The notes: generated by a model from the letters alone, not told the origin. A DNA stretch of 54,900 nucleotides from an uncultured virus (IMG/VR IMGVR_UViG_3300034106_001935) (IMGVR_UViG_3300034106_001935), one strand, 5' to 3'; shown: positions 10,256 through 20,543, counted from the stretch's first letter. Made by a program: numbers and translations.

Positions 10256-11059
10256 ATGGACCACTATCAAACTTTGGGAGTAGCTAAAAATGCTACTCCC
10301 GACGAAATAAAAAAAGCATATAGAAAACTAGCAGCACAACATCATCCTGACCGCGGCGGCGATACTGCTCAATTTCAAAAAATACAACAAGCATACGACA
10401 TATTAAGTGACCCTGCAAAACGGGCACAACATGATAATCCACATGCCCACAATATGCATGGGTTCCCTGGTGGATTTCAATTCCATGCACATGGTTTTAA
10501 TATTGACGAAATTTTTGGTCAGATGTTTGGGCAACAAGGACATCAGGGATTTCATAGACAAAACTTTAGAACACAGGTAGCCGTTACATTAGATGAAGCG
10601 TATAACGGTAAATCACATATTTTACAATTGCAAACTCCCCAAGGACCTAAGGTTGTTACTTTAGAAATACCCAAAGGTATACATCATGGGCAACAACTTA
10701 GGTATGATAATGTATTAGATAATGCCACATTGATTGTAGAATATGTTATTATTCACAATTTAAAATTTGAACGACAGGGTGATGATTTATACTCCCAACA
10801 TACTGTGTCTGTTTTTGATTTGATAGTAGGGGGAACATTTGAATTCAAAACAATATCGGGTAAAACATTAGAAGTTAATATCCAACCCAAAACACAGCCA
10901 CACATGCATCTTAAGATTCCAAATCAAGGCATGCCCAAGATGAATTCGGGTCAATATGGGGACCAATTCATTGTACTAAAAACATTCATTCCTGATAGAA
11001 TAGATGATGAAGTAATTCAAAGCATTTTAAGCTATAAAAACAAAGGAAACACAAATTGA
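10256..11059 (+). CDS. DnaJ/CbpA-type co-chaperone
   Basis: A J-domain ('DHYQTLGV...IKKAYRKLA..HHPDRGG'), a G/F-rich linker and a C-terminal DnaJ domain, with no Zn finger. Confidence 0.92.
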   Translation: MDHYQTLGVAKNATPDEIKKAYRKLAAQHHPDRGGDTAQFQKIQQAYDILSDPAKRAQHDNPHAHNMHGFPGGFQFHAHGFNIDEIFGQMFGQQGHQGFHRQNFRTQVAVTLDEAYNGKSHILQLQTPQGPKVVTLEIPKGIHHGQQLRYDNVLDNATLIVEYVIIHNLKFERQGDDLYSQHTVSVFDLIVGGTFEFKTISGKTLEVNIQPKTQPHMHLKIPNQGMPKMNSGQYGDQFIVLKTFIPDRIDDEVIQSILSYKNKGNTN

Positions 11060-13320
11060 CAAATTCTCCCGAAATTGAAAACATCATTGAGCATGCAATT
11101 CAATATGCCAAAAGTAAAAAACATATCTACTGTACAGTGGAACATTTACTTTTGGCTTTGGTACAACATCCCCCATTTAAGAAATGCTTAACAAGCTTCG
11201 GAGCAGATGTAGATTTGTTGAGCCATGAATTGGATGCATATCTCAATGGCTTGCATGCAATTCAAAGCAAAGAGCCAGATGTTGCACCGAGAAAAACAAA
11301 TAGCTTAGAAAGAGTTATGAACCGTTCAGTAACACAAGTTCTGTTTACTGGACGCAGGCAAGTTACTACTATTGACTTGTATTTGAGTATTGCCAGTGAG
11401 GGTAACAGTCACGCACATTATTTTTTGTTGAAGTATGGCGTAAACAAAAATGAATTTGTTCAGCATTGGCAAAAGTCATATAAGGGTGGCGACTATCAAA
11501 GTACACTTACTGAATCTCAAGCTGAAGAAATTCTAGGTGAGTACACTACTAATCTTACACAACTTGCAAGAGACAATAAGCTAGAACCAGTTATTGGTCG
11601 TAGCAAAGAATTGGATGACATTATCAATGTTCTTGCCAAGCGTTTTAAATCAAATGTATTGATGGTGGGAGATCCGGGCGTAGGCAAGACTGCTATCGTA
11701 GAAGGACTTGCTAATGCTCTTGCAAACGATGAAGTTCCTGATTTCCTCAATGGATATGAATTGTATTCACTTGAAATCGGAAGTCTGCTTGCAGGTAGTA
11801 AGTATCGCGGTGACTTTGAAGAAAAGGTAAAGCATGTCCTTGATGCTCTTAACACTAAAAAGAACGCTATCCTTTTTATTGACGAAGCACACACTATGCA
11901 AGGTGCAGGATCAAGTAGCAATGGTTCGGTAGACTTTGCTAACATGATCAAGCCAGCAATTACTAAGGGAACACTCAAGGTTATTGCAAGTACAACATGG
12001 GAAGAATTCTACGAAAGTTTTGAAAAGGATCGTGCGTTGATGCGTAGATTCTACAAAATTTCTGTTGATGAACCTTCTAATGAATCTACTATCCGTATCT
12101 TGAAAGGTCTAAGTCCTAGACTTAATGATTTCCATAATGTAAACATTACTGAAGAAGCTATTGTTACTGCTGTAGAAATGTCTCAGCGTTATATTAACGA
12201 CCGTAAAAATCCTGATAAGAGTATTGACTTGTTGGATGCGGCTTGCGCAAAACAACGGGTGCTTGAAAATACAGGAGCAGATATCACTAAGGATCTGATT
12301 TACGAACAAGTTGAGAAGTACACAGGTGTTCCTGCAAATAAACTCAATAACAACAATCTTGACAAGATTAAAAATCTTGAAGTAAATGTCAAGGGTAAAC
12401 TCTATGGTCAAGATGAAATGGTAGAACAGGTACTTGAAAGAGTATATGTGTCATTTGCTGGAATCGGTAATGACACTAAGCCTACTGCAAGCTTCTTGTT
12501 CTTGGGCCCAACGGGTACAGGTAAAACTGAACTTGCAAAGTTGTTGGGTAAAAATCTTGACATGCCGTTGCTCAAGTATGATATGTCAGAATACAGCGAA
12601 AAGCACTCTGTCAGTTCATTGATCGGACCTCCTCCTGGCTATGTTGGCTTCGGAGACAGTCAAGTTCAAGGTGGTCGTTTGATTTCAGACTTGAGCAAGA
12701 ATCCACATGCTATCATGCTGTTTGACGAAGTTGAGAAGGCGCACCCTGATATCTTTAACATCTTCTTACAAATGCTTGATGAAGGTACTATCACAGGGAG
12801 TAATGGTAAAAAGGTCAGTTGCAAGAATACTATCATTATCATGACCAGTAATTTGGGTAGTGCCGATGGTGAACGGTTGAATATTGGTTTTGGTAGCCAA
12901 GATAAAATTGGTGAAGATGACAAAGCATTGAAAGAATTCTTCAAGCCTGAATTCAGAAACCGTCTTGATTTGGTTTGTAAGTTTAACAAGTTGGATATGC
13001 TTTCTATTAAGAAGATTGTTATTAAGTTTACTGAAGACCTTAAGAAGTCCTTAGTTGAAAAGCATAACATTACCTTGACTCTTACCGAATCAGTTGTTGA
13101 GTACCTCGCTGATAAAGGATATGACAAAAAGATGGGCGCTCGTCCGTTAGCAAGAAAAATTGACGAATTGATTCGTGTTCCATTGAGTAAGAAAATTCTC
13201 TTTGAACAAATCAAAAATGCCAATATTGTTGTTAATCTTGCTAACGATACTGTAGAATTCGTTGTAAGTAATAAAATGACAGCGAAGGTGAATGAAGATG
13301 GGATTATTGAGGTCAGTTGA
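11056..13320 (+). CDS. clpA: ClpA-type Hsp100 AAA+ ATPase
   Basis: Clp N-domain, two Walker A motifs (GDPGVGKT, GPTGTGKT), pore loops 'KYRG' and 'GYVG', and a ClpP-docking 'IGF' motif. There is no ClpB middle domain. Confidence 0.9.
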   Translation: MTNSPEIENIIEHAIQYAKSKKHIYCTVEHLLLALVQHPPFKKCLTSFGADVDLLSHELDAYLNGLHAIQSKEPDVAPRKTNSLERVMNRSVTQVLFTGRRQVTTIDLYLSIASEGNSHAHYFLLKYGVNKNEFVQHWQKSYKGGDYQSTLTESQAEEILGEYTTNLTQLARDNKLEPVIGRSKELDDIINVLAKRFKSNVLMVGDPGVGKTAIVEGLANALANDEVPDFLNGYELYSLEIGSLLAGSKYRGDFEEKVKHVLDALNTKKNAILFIDEAHTMQGAGSSSNGSVDFANMIKPAITKGTLKVIASTTWEEFYESFEKDRALMRRFYKISVDEPSNESTIRILKGLSPRLNDFHNVNITEEAIVTAVEMSQRYINDRKNPDKSIDLLDAACAKQRVLENTGADITKDLIYEQVEKYTGVPANKLNNNNLDKIKNLEVNVKGKLYGQDEMVEQVLERVYVSFAGIGNDTKPTASFLFLGPTGTGKTELAKLLGKNLDMPLLKYDMSEYSEKHSVSSLIGPPPGYVGFGDSQVQGGRLISDLSKNPHAIMLFDEVEKAHPDIFNIFLQMLDEGTITGSNGKKVSCKNTIIIMTSNLGSADGERLNIGFGSQDKIGEDDKALKEFFKPEFRNRLDLVCKFNKLDMLSIKKIVIKFTEDLKKSLVEKHNITLTLTESVVEYLADKGYDKKMGARPLARKIDELIRVPLSKKILFEQIKNANIVVNLANDTVEFVVSNKMTAKVNEDGIIEVS

Positions 13321-14011
13321 TAACGTGCCCGGTATTCATTATTATGAATACCGAGACATGGATTATTTTAATAAATTTAAGTACCGAGCCAGGGTTGTAT
13401 TACCTGGAGTTAGATTTACTTATTGGGTCAAAACCATTGACGAGTGGCGAGACAAAGTAAGGAATGGTAAAACATGGAGTCGTACTTATACCCCTCAAGA
13501 AAAAGTAGAAATGCTTAACATGTCACCCACTATGGAAAAATTTATTGATCTTAAAAACAATCTTAAGAAAAATAAAAATGCTTCCATAAGAATTGAGGGT
13601 GAAACAGCCGCGATATTTAGTAATGATTTACAGTTTTTGCAAGATATAAAAACTTGGGCTAATAATGTAGACTTTACAGAAGCTGTTTGTGCTGAATACA
13701 AGGGGACTAAGTATTTTGTAGGTGATCCCCCACATAAGTACCGCGTTTATCTTAAATCCAAAAGAATTGAGAACAGTATCTATAATGATTTGGGAAGTCT
13801 ACTTTCAAACAATAAAAGCTTAAATCCAAGCAGGGCATTGGAAAAGTGGTTATTTGGATTAGATAACATAAGTAGATGGAAAAGCTTTTACCTAAGCTCT
13901 GCGTATTTCATTGATTATGACGATGAATCCACACTTAGTTATCTAGCCATAATGCACGGTGATCTTTTGGGAAGAAAGTACAAACTAGAAAAGCGACCAG
14001 ATACAGAATAA
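13292..14011 (+). CDS. Hypothetical protein
   Basis: 239-aa ORF; the start is uncertain (13292 or 13298). Confidence 0.6.
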   Translation: MKMGLLRSVDNVPGIHYYEYRDMDYFNKFKYRARVVLPGVRFTYWVKTIDEWRDKVRNGKTWSRTYTPQEKVEMLNMSPTMEKFIDLKNNLKKNKNASIRIEGETAAIFSNDLQFLQDIKTWANNVDFTEAVCAEYKGTKYFVGDPPHKYRVYLKSKRIENSIYNDLGSLLSNNKSLNPSRALEKWLFGLDNISRWKSFYLSSAYFIDYDDESTLSYLAIMHGDLLGRKYKLEKRPDTE

Positions 14012-14015
14012 AATG

Positions 14016-14043
14016 ATAAATACTCTAATAATGGAGTATTTAT
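14016..14043 (+). promoter_or_regulatory. Late promoter embedded in an RBS-sequestering hairpin
   Basis: ATAAATACTC (14016-14025) and GAGTATTTAT (14034-14043) form a perfect inverted repeat. The right arm covers the GGAG SD and the AT of the start codon. Confidence 0.65.
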
Positions 14044-14212
14044 GGCTAAAATTGTAGAAGATGTTCTAGTAGTAAAATTTAGTAAGATTGTTAAGGATAG
14101 CGAGGCTGATGTAAAAGTTCTCGCTAACCGCGATATCCAGCAAGCATTAGAACAAGTAGCCCAAGAATTAGTAGGTGAGGGTGTTATTGTTGAGGTTGTG
14201 GGGGCTGAATAA
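14042..14212 (+). CDS. Small hypothetical protein, 56 aa (not in the ORF track)
   Basis: MAKIVEDVLVVKFSKIVKDS...VIVEVVGAE with a GGAG SD; its TAA overlaps the next ATG. Confidence 0.7.
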   Translation: MAKIVEDVLVVKFSKIVKDSEADVKVLANRDIQQALEQVAQELVGEGVIVEVVGAE

Positions 14213-14598
14213 TGCCACAGTCAACTACATTAATACTTTTGCCCGAGACCTCATATGTCAATCCAGGTAACGGTGCTCCCTATACCGTTACTGGTAATAG
14301 CCAGCCTGCAGCCGCTTATTATCTCGGTAACAGAGATTTACAAACTGTTAACATTAAATGTACAAATTTAACTGGTAACATTGTGATCCAGGCTAGTTTA
14401 GCCACAAGCCCAACTGCTGACGACTGGTTTAAAGTCTATGAATTAGTTGCTGACGCAAATGCCACACCGAATAGTGCTCCCCAATTAGCAAGCAATGCCA
14501 GTGTTTATACAAACATTGAAGGCAATTTCGTGTATATGAGAGCAAAGTTAGAAGGGTTTAATAACGGTACCCTTCAATTCGTTAAATTGAGTTATTAA
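14212..14598 (+). CDS. Hypothetical (probable beta-rich virion) protein
   Basis: 128-aa ORF in a late operon. Confidence 0.55.
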   Translation: MPQSTTLILLPETSYVNPGNGAPYTVTGNSQPAAAYYLGNRDLQTVNIKCTNLTGNIVIQASLATSPTADDWFKVYELVADANATPNSAPQLASNASVYTNIEGNFVYMRAKLEGFNNGTLQFVKLSY

Positions 14599-14599
14599 T

Positions 14600-15646
14600 A
14601 TGAAACAGATTGTTATAATGCCAGGTGGGTTTCATCCATTTCACGCAGGACACTATGCGTTATACCAGTCTGCATTAAAAGCATTTCCAAATGCTGATGT
14701 ATATGTAGCTGCTACAAACGATCAAAGCGAAAGACCTTTTCCCTTCGCACTAAAAGAAAAATTAGCTAAGTTAGCAGGTGTAGCACCAGGAAGATTTGTT
14801 CAAGTTAAGAGTCCATTTCAGGCAAAAGAAATCACAAGCAATTATAATCCCGACGAAGATGTACTAATATTTGTTCGCAGTGAAAAAGATAGAAATGAAG
14901 CTCCACAGCCTGGCGGAACAAAGAAAGATGGTAGCCCAGCTTACTTTCAACCATATACAGGAAAAGATTTACAACCATTTAGTAAACATGCTTACATGGC
15001 ATATTTACCCACTGTGACATTTGGACCCGGCATCAAGAGTGCTACAGAAATTCGCAAGGCATGGCCTACATTGAATGACAAACGCAAGACAGCACTTGTT
15101 ATGAGTTTGTATCCTGCTGCACAAAAGAATCCTAAATTAGCACAAACAGTTGTTGGTATGTTTGATCAGGTTATGGGCGCACAAGATGTGGCGGAAGATA
15201 AAGAAACAAGTCCAGTAGCGAACGCAGTAATTGATTTCTATAAGCCAGTTATAGCTGATGTACAAAAAGAAAAAGTGCCTGATTATGTTGATCAGGCACG
15301 TGAATTATTAAGTAAGACTGATGATCCTACGATCAGAAGAAAAGTACTAGACATACTTAAAAAGGGCAAAGAGAACCCATACTTGCAAGGTGGCATTATT
15401 ACAACAGTCGGTGCATTATTAGCAGGTGGTGTGTTAAATTCTGCACAAAGTATGGGACTAAATCCACAACAGACTAATCTAGCACTACAAGGAATACTTA
15501 ATACTGTTATTCCAACATTAGTGTCACGCATTAATGGTAAAAATTGGAAAGATACAATCAAATACACATTAGCAAGTGCAGGGGTAGGCGTGGGCATCGC
15601 TGCTATAACTGAAAGTGAAAATCTAGATTATCTAGAAGAAAAATAA
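14600..15646 (+). CDS. HxGH nucleotidyltransferase (cytidyltransferase-like) protein with an extra C-terminal module
   Basis: 'MPGGFHPFHAGH' HxGH motif and 'KSATEIR'. An additional hydrophobic module follows 'DVAED'. Confidence 0.7.
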   Translation: MKQIVIMPGGFHPFHAGHYALYQSALKAFPNADVYVAATNDQSERPFPFALKEKLAKLAGVAPGRFVQVKSPFQAKEITSNYNPDEDVLIFVRSEKDRNEAPQPGGTKKDGSPAYFQPYTGKDLQPFSKHAYMAYLPTVTFGPGIKSATEIRKAWPTLNDKRKTALVMSLYPAAQKNPKLAQTVVGMFDQVMGAQDVAEDKETSPVANAVIDFYKPVIADVQKEKVPDYVDQARELLSKTDDPTIRRKVLDILKKGKENPYLQGGIITTVGALLAGGVLNSAQSMGLNPQQTNLALQGILNTVIPTLVSRINGKNWKDTIKYTLASAGVGVGIAAITESENLDYLEEK

Positions 15647-15697
15647 TTTGATCACCGTTATACCATGTAAATAATCTTATATTTTTAAGAGGAATAC

Positions 15698-16591
15698 ATG
15701 GCAACAAAAAAGTCAAAGAAAACCGAAGCTGCAACTGTACCTGTTGAACAGGTTCAAGAACTAGCTGAACAAGCACAACAACCACAACAGCCTGCCGAAA
15801 ACACCCAAGGGCAGGTTCAGGTTAATGTAGATTACTTGCGCACTACTAAAGTACATATAGCAATGCCCTGCTATGGTGGTATGCTAACTGAATCTACATT
15901 TATGAGTTTCATCAAGTGGGCAAATACTGCCCGTCAACTTGGCATTGATTGGACATTAGAAACAATGGTTAATGAATCATTAATTTCACGTGCCCGTAAT
16001 ACATTAACTGCCAAATACTTGGATATGCCCGATGCTACTCACTTGTTCTTTGTTGACGCTGATATTGGTTGGGAACCATGGCACTTGTTAGTTCTATTGA
16101 ACCGTGACAAGGATGTAATGGCAGGCCTTTATCCAATGAAGACTATGCCCATCAAGTGGGTTGTCAATGGATTTGAGGGTGCGGAAGAAGGTCCTGATGG
16201 ATTGCAGGAAGTATCAAAAGCTGGTACGGGCTTCTTGTTAATGAAGCGACATGTATTTGAAAAGCTTAAGACTCACCCTGCAGTTAAGCAATACAAGAAC
16301 GATATCGGCTTAGATCCCAAGTACGATCAACACTTGAAGACCTACTTTGATACCGCAGTTCGTCAGAACCGTTATTATTCAGAGGACTGGACATTCTGTG
16401 AAAATTGGCGTGATCTTGGTGGTAAGATTTGGGTAGACAAGCGAGTATTACTACGCCATTCAGGTTCTTATGTTTTCTGCATGGAAAATCAACAACATTT
16501 GTTGAATACTGTTGGACCCATGTGGATGCAGGAACAGCGAAACAAGGGTATGAAATTAGTTGATCAAAACGGCAACGAAATCGCTCAGTAA
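15698..16591 (+). CDS. GT-A-fold glycosyltransferase-like protein
   Basis: 'IAMPCYGG', 'ESLISRARN', a DxD motif 'FVDADIGW', 'GTGF' and 'SEDWTFC'. TAAATA lies at 15668-15673. Confidence 0.7.
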   Translation: MATKKSKKTEAATVPVEQVQELAEQAQQPQQPAENTQGQVQVNVDYLRTTKVHIAMPCYGGMLTESTFMSFIKWANTARQLGIDWTLETMVNESLISRARNTLTAKYLDMPDATHLFFVDADIGWEPWHLLVLLNRDKDVMAGLYPMKTMPIKWVVNGFEGAEEGPDGLQEVSKAGTGFLLMKRHVFEKLKTHPAVKQYKNDIGLDPKYDQHLKTYFDTAVRQNRYYSEDWTFCENWRDLGGKIWVDKRVLLRHSGSYVFCMENQQHLLNTVGPMWMQEQRNKGMKLVDQNGNEIAQ

Positions 16592-16592
16592 T

Positions 16593-16616
16593 AAAAGCCC
16601 CGAAAGGGGCTTTTTT
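16593..16616 (+). terminator. Intrinsic terminator
   Basis: AAAAGCCCC-GAAA-GGGGCTTTTTT. Confidence 0.9.
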
Positions 16617-16638
16617 ATTGGCTACGATAAATATTTTT

Positions 16639-16734
16639 ATGAGTTGGTTTAGACATAGACCTCCAAAAAATCCTCCATACAGACCAAATCCTATTCCAGT
16701 CCCCGTCAAAGAAAACAAAGATCCAAAAAAGTAA
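16639..16734 (+). CDS. Proline-rich basic peptide, 31 aa (not in the ORF track)
   Basis: MSWFRHRPPKNPPYRPNPIPVPVKENKDPKK. It has its own TAAATA at 16628-16633 and fills the intergenic gap exactly. Confidence 0.5.
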   Translation: MSWFRHRPPKNPPYRPNPIPVPVKENKDPKK

Positions 16735-16744
16735 TAAATACTTT

Positions 16745-19267
16745 ATGGACATTAAAACACTGGAATCTTTCAAATTAAGCGACGCCATCTTTTTTCATGA
16801 TGAATTGAATCAAAACCTATGGGATGAGAACAATAAATTACATCCTGAAGTAAAAAACCAGTTAATTTTAATCGCTAAAGATTTTATTGATGAATTGGGA
16901 ATAAAAGATTTAGATGTAAAAGATATTACAATTTCAGGCTCAAACGCCGCATATACATACACAAAACATAGCGATTTAGATTTACATATATTAGTAGATA
17001 TGAGTAAGCTTCCCGATAATGAAGTTTACAAAGAACTTTTCACAGCAAAAAAGAATTTATATAATGATAGCCACGACATAACTGTACACGGAGTTCCAGT
17101 TGAATTATATGTACAAGACAGCAATGAACCTGTAGTCAGTTTAGGCGAGTATAGCATTTTACAAGATAAGTGGCTAAAGATTCCAACAAAACGCAGAGCA
17201 AATTTTGACCAAACCATCACCAAACAAAAATACGATAAACTACTACATATTATTAAGAAAGCATTAAAATCTAAAGACCTAGAACAAATTGAAAACATTA
17301 TTACTACTATTAAACGATATAGAAAAGCAGGCTTAGATAAAGGTGGTGAGTTTGGTCCCGAAAACTTAGCATATAAAGCACTACGCACACAGGGTTACAT
17401 TGATAAACTGTACCAATTGCGTGACAAATTGCATAGTATTGATTTAAGTATTGAAGAAAATATTTTATACAAAGATCCAAAACAATTAATTGATTTGTAT
17501 TTGCGTCGGATGCAAGGTAAAGATTTAAGTAAATATAGCCTTACTAAAATTTTACAAAATTTACCATACAACAATTTAGATAACGCTATCAACTTCTTAG
17601 TTAAAAAGCATCAAGTAAATCCTACAGATATAGTTTGGCAACCATCTGACGGAACAAACGAAGATTATGATCCAAATGGACCTCCTCCGGGCCCAGAGTT
17701 TAAACCAACAATGCCGGCAGGTACAGTAAGAGTTGATGTTAGTGATGTGTATGACTGGTACAAACTAGGACAACACATTAGTAATATGAAGGGTTTAGGC
17801 AAGCATGACTTTGGTAAGGGACCTCCTAGTACTGTCATGGCATTCGGTGATGAAGATTTAGAACATCAATACATTAAAGCGTTACAAAAGACAGGTCTAT
17901 CTACAACTGATATTGACCCATTTGATCCTAAACAACCTAAAGGCATCCCTCGTCAGAAAGTTGATCCTACATATAATGTCAACGAAGCAAAGGTTCCTAG
18001 TGTTCGTCAACAAATCATCAACGATGTTAAGAAAAATGGCGGTAATATCAATGAGTACTTTGTACGATTTACGGATAGTGATAAATTAGGATTCAGTGCC
18101 AAACAAGGGTTTGGACAAACACCTGATGTTGATGACCCTAAATTTGATGTAGATTATATAGGAACCGGACAAGGGCGCAGAGCATTATGGTTTTATCCAT
18201 TAAGTTATTATCTCAAAGACGATAAGCCTTATGCTAGCGAACAACCTTATGTATGGTTAGTAAGACTCAAACCAAATGCATGGCTTCAAAAAGTAAAACA
18301 CGGTGACAATAAAGTTGTACAAGCACCAGAAGGTAAACAGCGTGTGGGTATGTTACGGATGAGCCTTCCACCAGCTGCTATATTCTTTACACATGGATTT
18401 GATGTTGTAGGTAAGTACTATGACTATGCAGGTCAACATCAAAGACATGGAGAAGTAAAAGGTAAACCTACTCCTAGTTTCTTTGACAGAGTTAGAGGAT
18501 TAGGGGAAGACGAGACACTGCAATTCGCCGGTGAGAAAACTCCTGCTATCAATCCATATGGTGGATTAAAAGATAGACAGTTTCGCGGGGCAATTAGTGA
18601 GATGCCCGACACATCAGGTCCAGTAGGTGTGCAGCCCGGCGGATGGAGAACTTATAGACCTAAAGTTGATGAAGGCTTTGACCAACCCTATCCACTTAAG
18701 TGGGAGAAAAGTGCCTACGGAGACTATGACGCATTGGCTAAGTTACCAGATGGAACTAATCTTAGCATCATGTTCAACAATGAATATAAAAAGAATTGGA
18801 TGGTTGAATTCTATAGAAATAACAGTCAGGCAGTAACCGGCGAAGGTGATGCTCAAAGAATCTTTGCTACAGTATTACATGCGATACAACAGTTTATAAA
18901 GAAGAAAAAACCTGCAAGTTTATTTTTCTCCGCAGTGAAAGAAGATGATCCTACAGGTAGCAGAACAAAACTATACGACAGATTAGTTCAACGATTTGCT
19001 ACTGGTTTAGGATATACAGTACAAAAACGAGAAGAACCTGGATCAAATTCATACAAATTAAAACGAATAGAAAATACCAATAAAGGTGTAGCAGAGGGTG
19101 CTTCAGGATATATTCCTAGCAACGCAGAAAAGAATGATCCAAGATTCAAAACAGCATTAACTGTAGATATTAAGCCCGACACCATGAAAAAAGACGCTAA
19201 AAAGTTCGGTAACAAGATTAGTCGTGCAGGAATACCCCCAACACTCAAACCCAGTGGGAAGTTCTGA
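16745..19267 (+). CDS. Multi-module protein with an N-terminal Pol-beta-type nucleotidyltransferase domain
   Basis: 'ISGSNAAYTYTKHSDLDLHI' (GS...DxD) and 'VELYVQD', followed by several unrelated modules. TAAATA lies at 16735-16740. Confidence 0.7.
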   Translation: MDIKTLESFKLSDAIFFHDELNQNLWDENNKLHPEVKNQLILIAKDFIDELGIKDLDVKDITISGSNAAYTYTKHSDLDLHILVDMSKLPDNEVYKELFTAKKNLYNDSHDITVHGVPVELYVQDSNEPVVSLGEYSILQDKWLKIPTKRRANFDQTITKQKYDKLLHIIKKALKSKDLEQIENIITTIKRYRKAGLDKGGEFGPENLAYKALRTQGYIDKLYQLRDKLHSIDLSIEENILYKDPKQLIDLYLRRMQGKDLSKYSLTKILQNLPYNNLDNAINFLVKKHQVNPTDIVWQPSDGTNEDYDPNGPPPGPEFKPTMPAGTVRVDVSDVYDWYKLGQHISNMKGLGKHDFGKGPPSTVMAFGDEDLEHQYIKALQKTGLSTTDIDPFDPKQPKGIPRQKVDPTYNVNEAKVPSVRQQIINDVKKNGGNINEYFVRFTDSDKLGFSAKQGFGQTPDVDDPKFDVDYIGTGQGRRALWFYPLSYYLKDDKPYASEQPYVWLVRLKPNAWLQKVKHGDNKVVQAPEGKQRVGMLRMSLPPAAIFFTHGFDVVGKYYDYAGQHQRHGEVKGKPTPSFFDRVRGLGEDETLQFAGEKTPAINPYGGLKDRQFRGAISEMPDTSGPVGVQPGGWRTYRPKVDEGFDQPYPLKWEKSAYGDYDALAKLPDGTNLSIMFNNEYKKNWMVEFYRNNSQAVTGEGDAQRIFATVLHAIQQFIKKKKPASLFFSAVKEDDPTGSRTKLYDRLVQRFATGLGYTVQKREEPGSNSYKLKRIENTNKGVAEGASGYIPSNAEKNDPRFKTALTVDIKPDTMKKDAKKFGNKISRAGIPPTLKPSGKF

Positions 19268-19312
19268 TTAGATGGTATTTTGATAAATACTATATTATTT
19301 CGGAACTTTACT

Positions 19313-20122
19313 ATGAAAATCAATCAAATTATCATTAATGAAATGACAACTGCAGGAGCAGTCGCCACTGTTGCTAAACCAATGGGCGAAACACAAAAAA
19401 GACCTGATGTAAAAGGTCTTGAACCAGCAGAAAAGGTTATGTCTGGTAAGGCAAAGAAAAAAGGCCCATACGCTAATAGTATTTCTGAAGCTAAAAAAGA
19501 CTTTTTAAGTAAACTACAAAAAAATGTTGATAAGTCTAACAAGCAGAAAAAAGATACAGAAGAAAAAATCAAACAACATCAGGATGATAAGAAAAAAGTT
19601 GAAGAAGCTAAATTAGATGAAGATGATGTAATCATTGTTCCAGGAACAAAAATGAAGCGTAAAACAGGCTTTGTACAGCATGGTCAAAGTCGTGTAGACC
19701 ACGAAGTTGAAATGGCTCGCAGCGATGTTTTAGCAACAATGAAGAATGCTAAATCAATTTATGAATTACTACAAAACCGCAGCGAAGAAGAAGGCATTGA
19801 AGGTTGGGTACAAGAAAAACTCATCAAAGCCAATGATTATCTAAACGCAGTAAAAGAATACTATGATGAAAAAATGATGCAAGAAATGACAGGTGGTGTC
19901 ATTGCAGGTGGAGGCGTAGGTGAATCAAAGGTAAATGAAAAAGCAGTCAGTAAAGCACAACAGAAATTCTTTGGTATGGCACATGCTATGCAAAAGGGTG
20001 CAAAAATTAAAGGTGCAAGCAAAGAACTAAAAGGCGTTGCTAAATCTATGACTAAAGGCGATGTTAAAGATTTTGCTGCCACAAAGCATAAGGGTTTACC
20101 TGAAAAAGTAAAAAAGGACTAA
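19313..20122 (+). CDS. Modular hypothetical (probable head-internal) protein
   Basis: Starts MKINQIIINE after TAAATA at 19284-19289. The C-terminal 'KAVSKAQQKFFG...TKHKGLPEKVK' module is DUF3008-like. Confidence 0.6.
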   Translation: MKINQIIINEMTTAGAVATVAKPMGETQKRPDVKGLEPAEKVMSGKAKKKGPYANSISEAKKDFLSKLQKNVDKSNKQKKDTEEKIKQHQDDKKKVEEAKLDEDDVIIVPGTKMKRKTGFVQHGQSRVDHEVEMARSDVLATMKNAKSIYELLQNRSEEEGIEGWVQEKLIKANDYLNAVKEYYDEKMMQEMTGGVIAGGGVGESKVNEKAVSKAQQKFFGMAHAMQKGAKIKGASKELKGVAKSMTKGDVKDFAATKHKGLPEKVKKD

Positions 20123-20123
20123 T

Positions 20124-20543
20124 ATGAAATCTACTGAATTTTTATTTGAGTTAAGTCCTGCAACATTAGCAAGTTACAAAAAGAAAGCTGGTGCAGAAGC
20201 CAGCCGTTTAGATAAAGAAGCATTTAGCAATGTAGATGACCCTAAGTCCCAAGAAAAAATAGCTAAAGCAAACAAAAGATTCAGTGGAATTGTAAAAGCA
20301 ACCAAAAAAGAATTAGAAGTAGACGAAGGTCAAATTTATTCTACTGGTGGTGGCGCGGGACAAGCACAAAGATATTACAAGCCAAGACATGTGCCTAATC
20401 AAGCTGAAATAGAGAAATTAGATGAGAAATGTTGGGACACCCATAAGCAAGTTGGTATGAAAAAGAAGGGTGACAAAATGGTACCTAATTGTGTACCAAA
20501 AGAAAGTGCTATCATGAAGGGCTTACAAAATGAGAGCAAATGA
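20124..20543 (+). CDS. Modular hypothetical (probable head-internal) protein
   Basis: Starts MKSTEFLFE and contains a 'CWDTHKQVGMKKKGDKMVPNCVP' module. Confidence 0.6.
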   Translation: MKSTEFLFELSPATLASYKKKAGAEASRLDKEAFSNVDDPKSQEKIAKANKRFSGIVKATKKELEVDEGQIYSTGGGAGQAQRYYKPRHVPNQAEIEKLDEKCWDTHKQVGMKKKGDKMVPNCVPKESAIMKGLQNESK

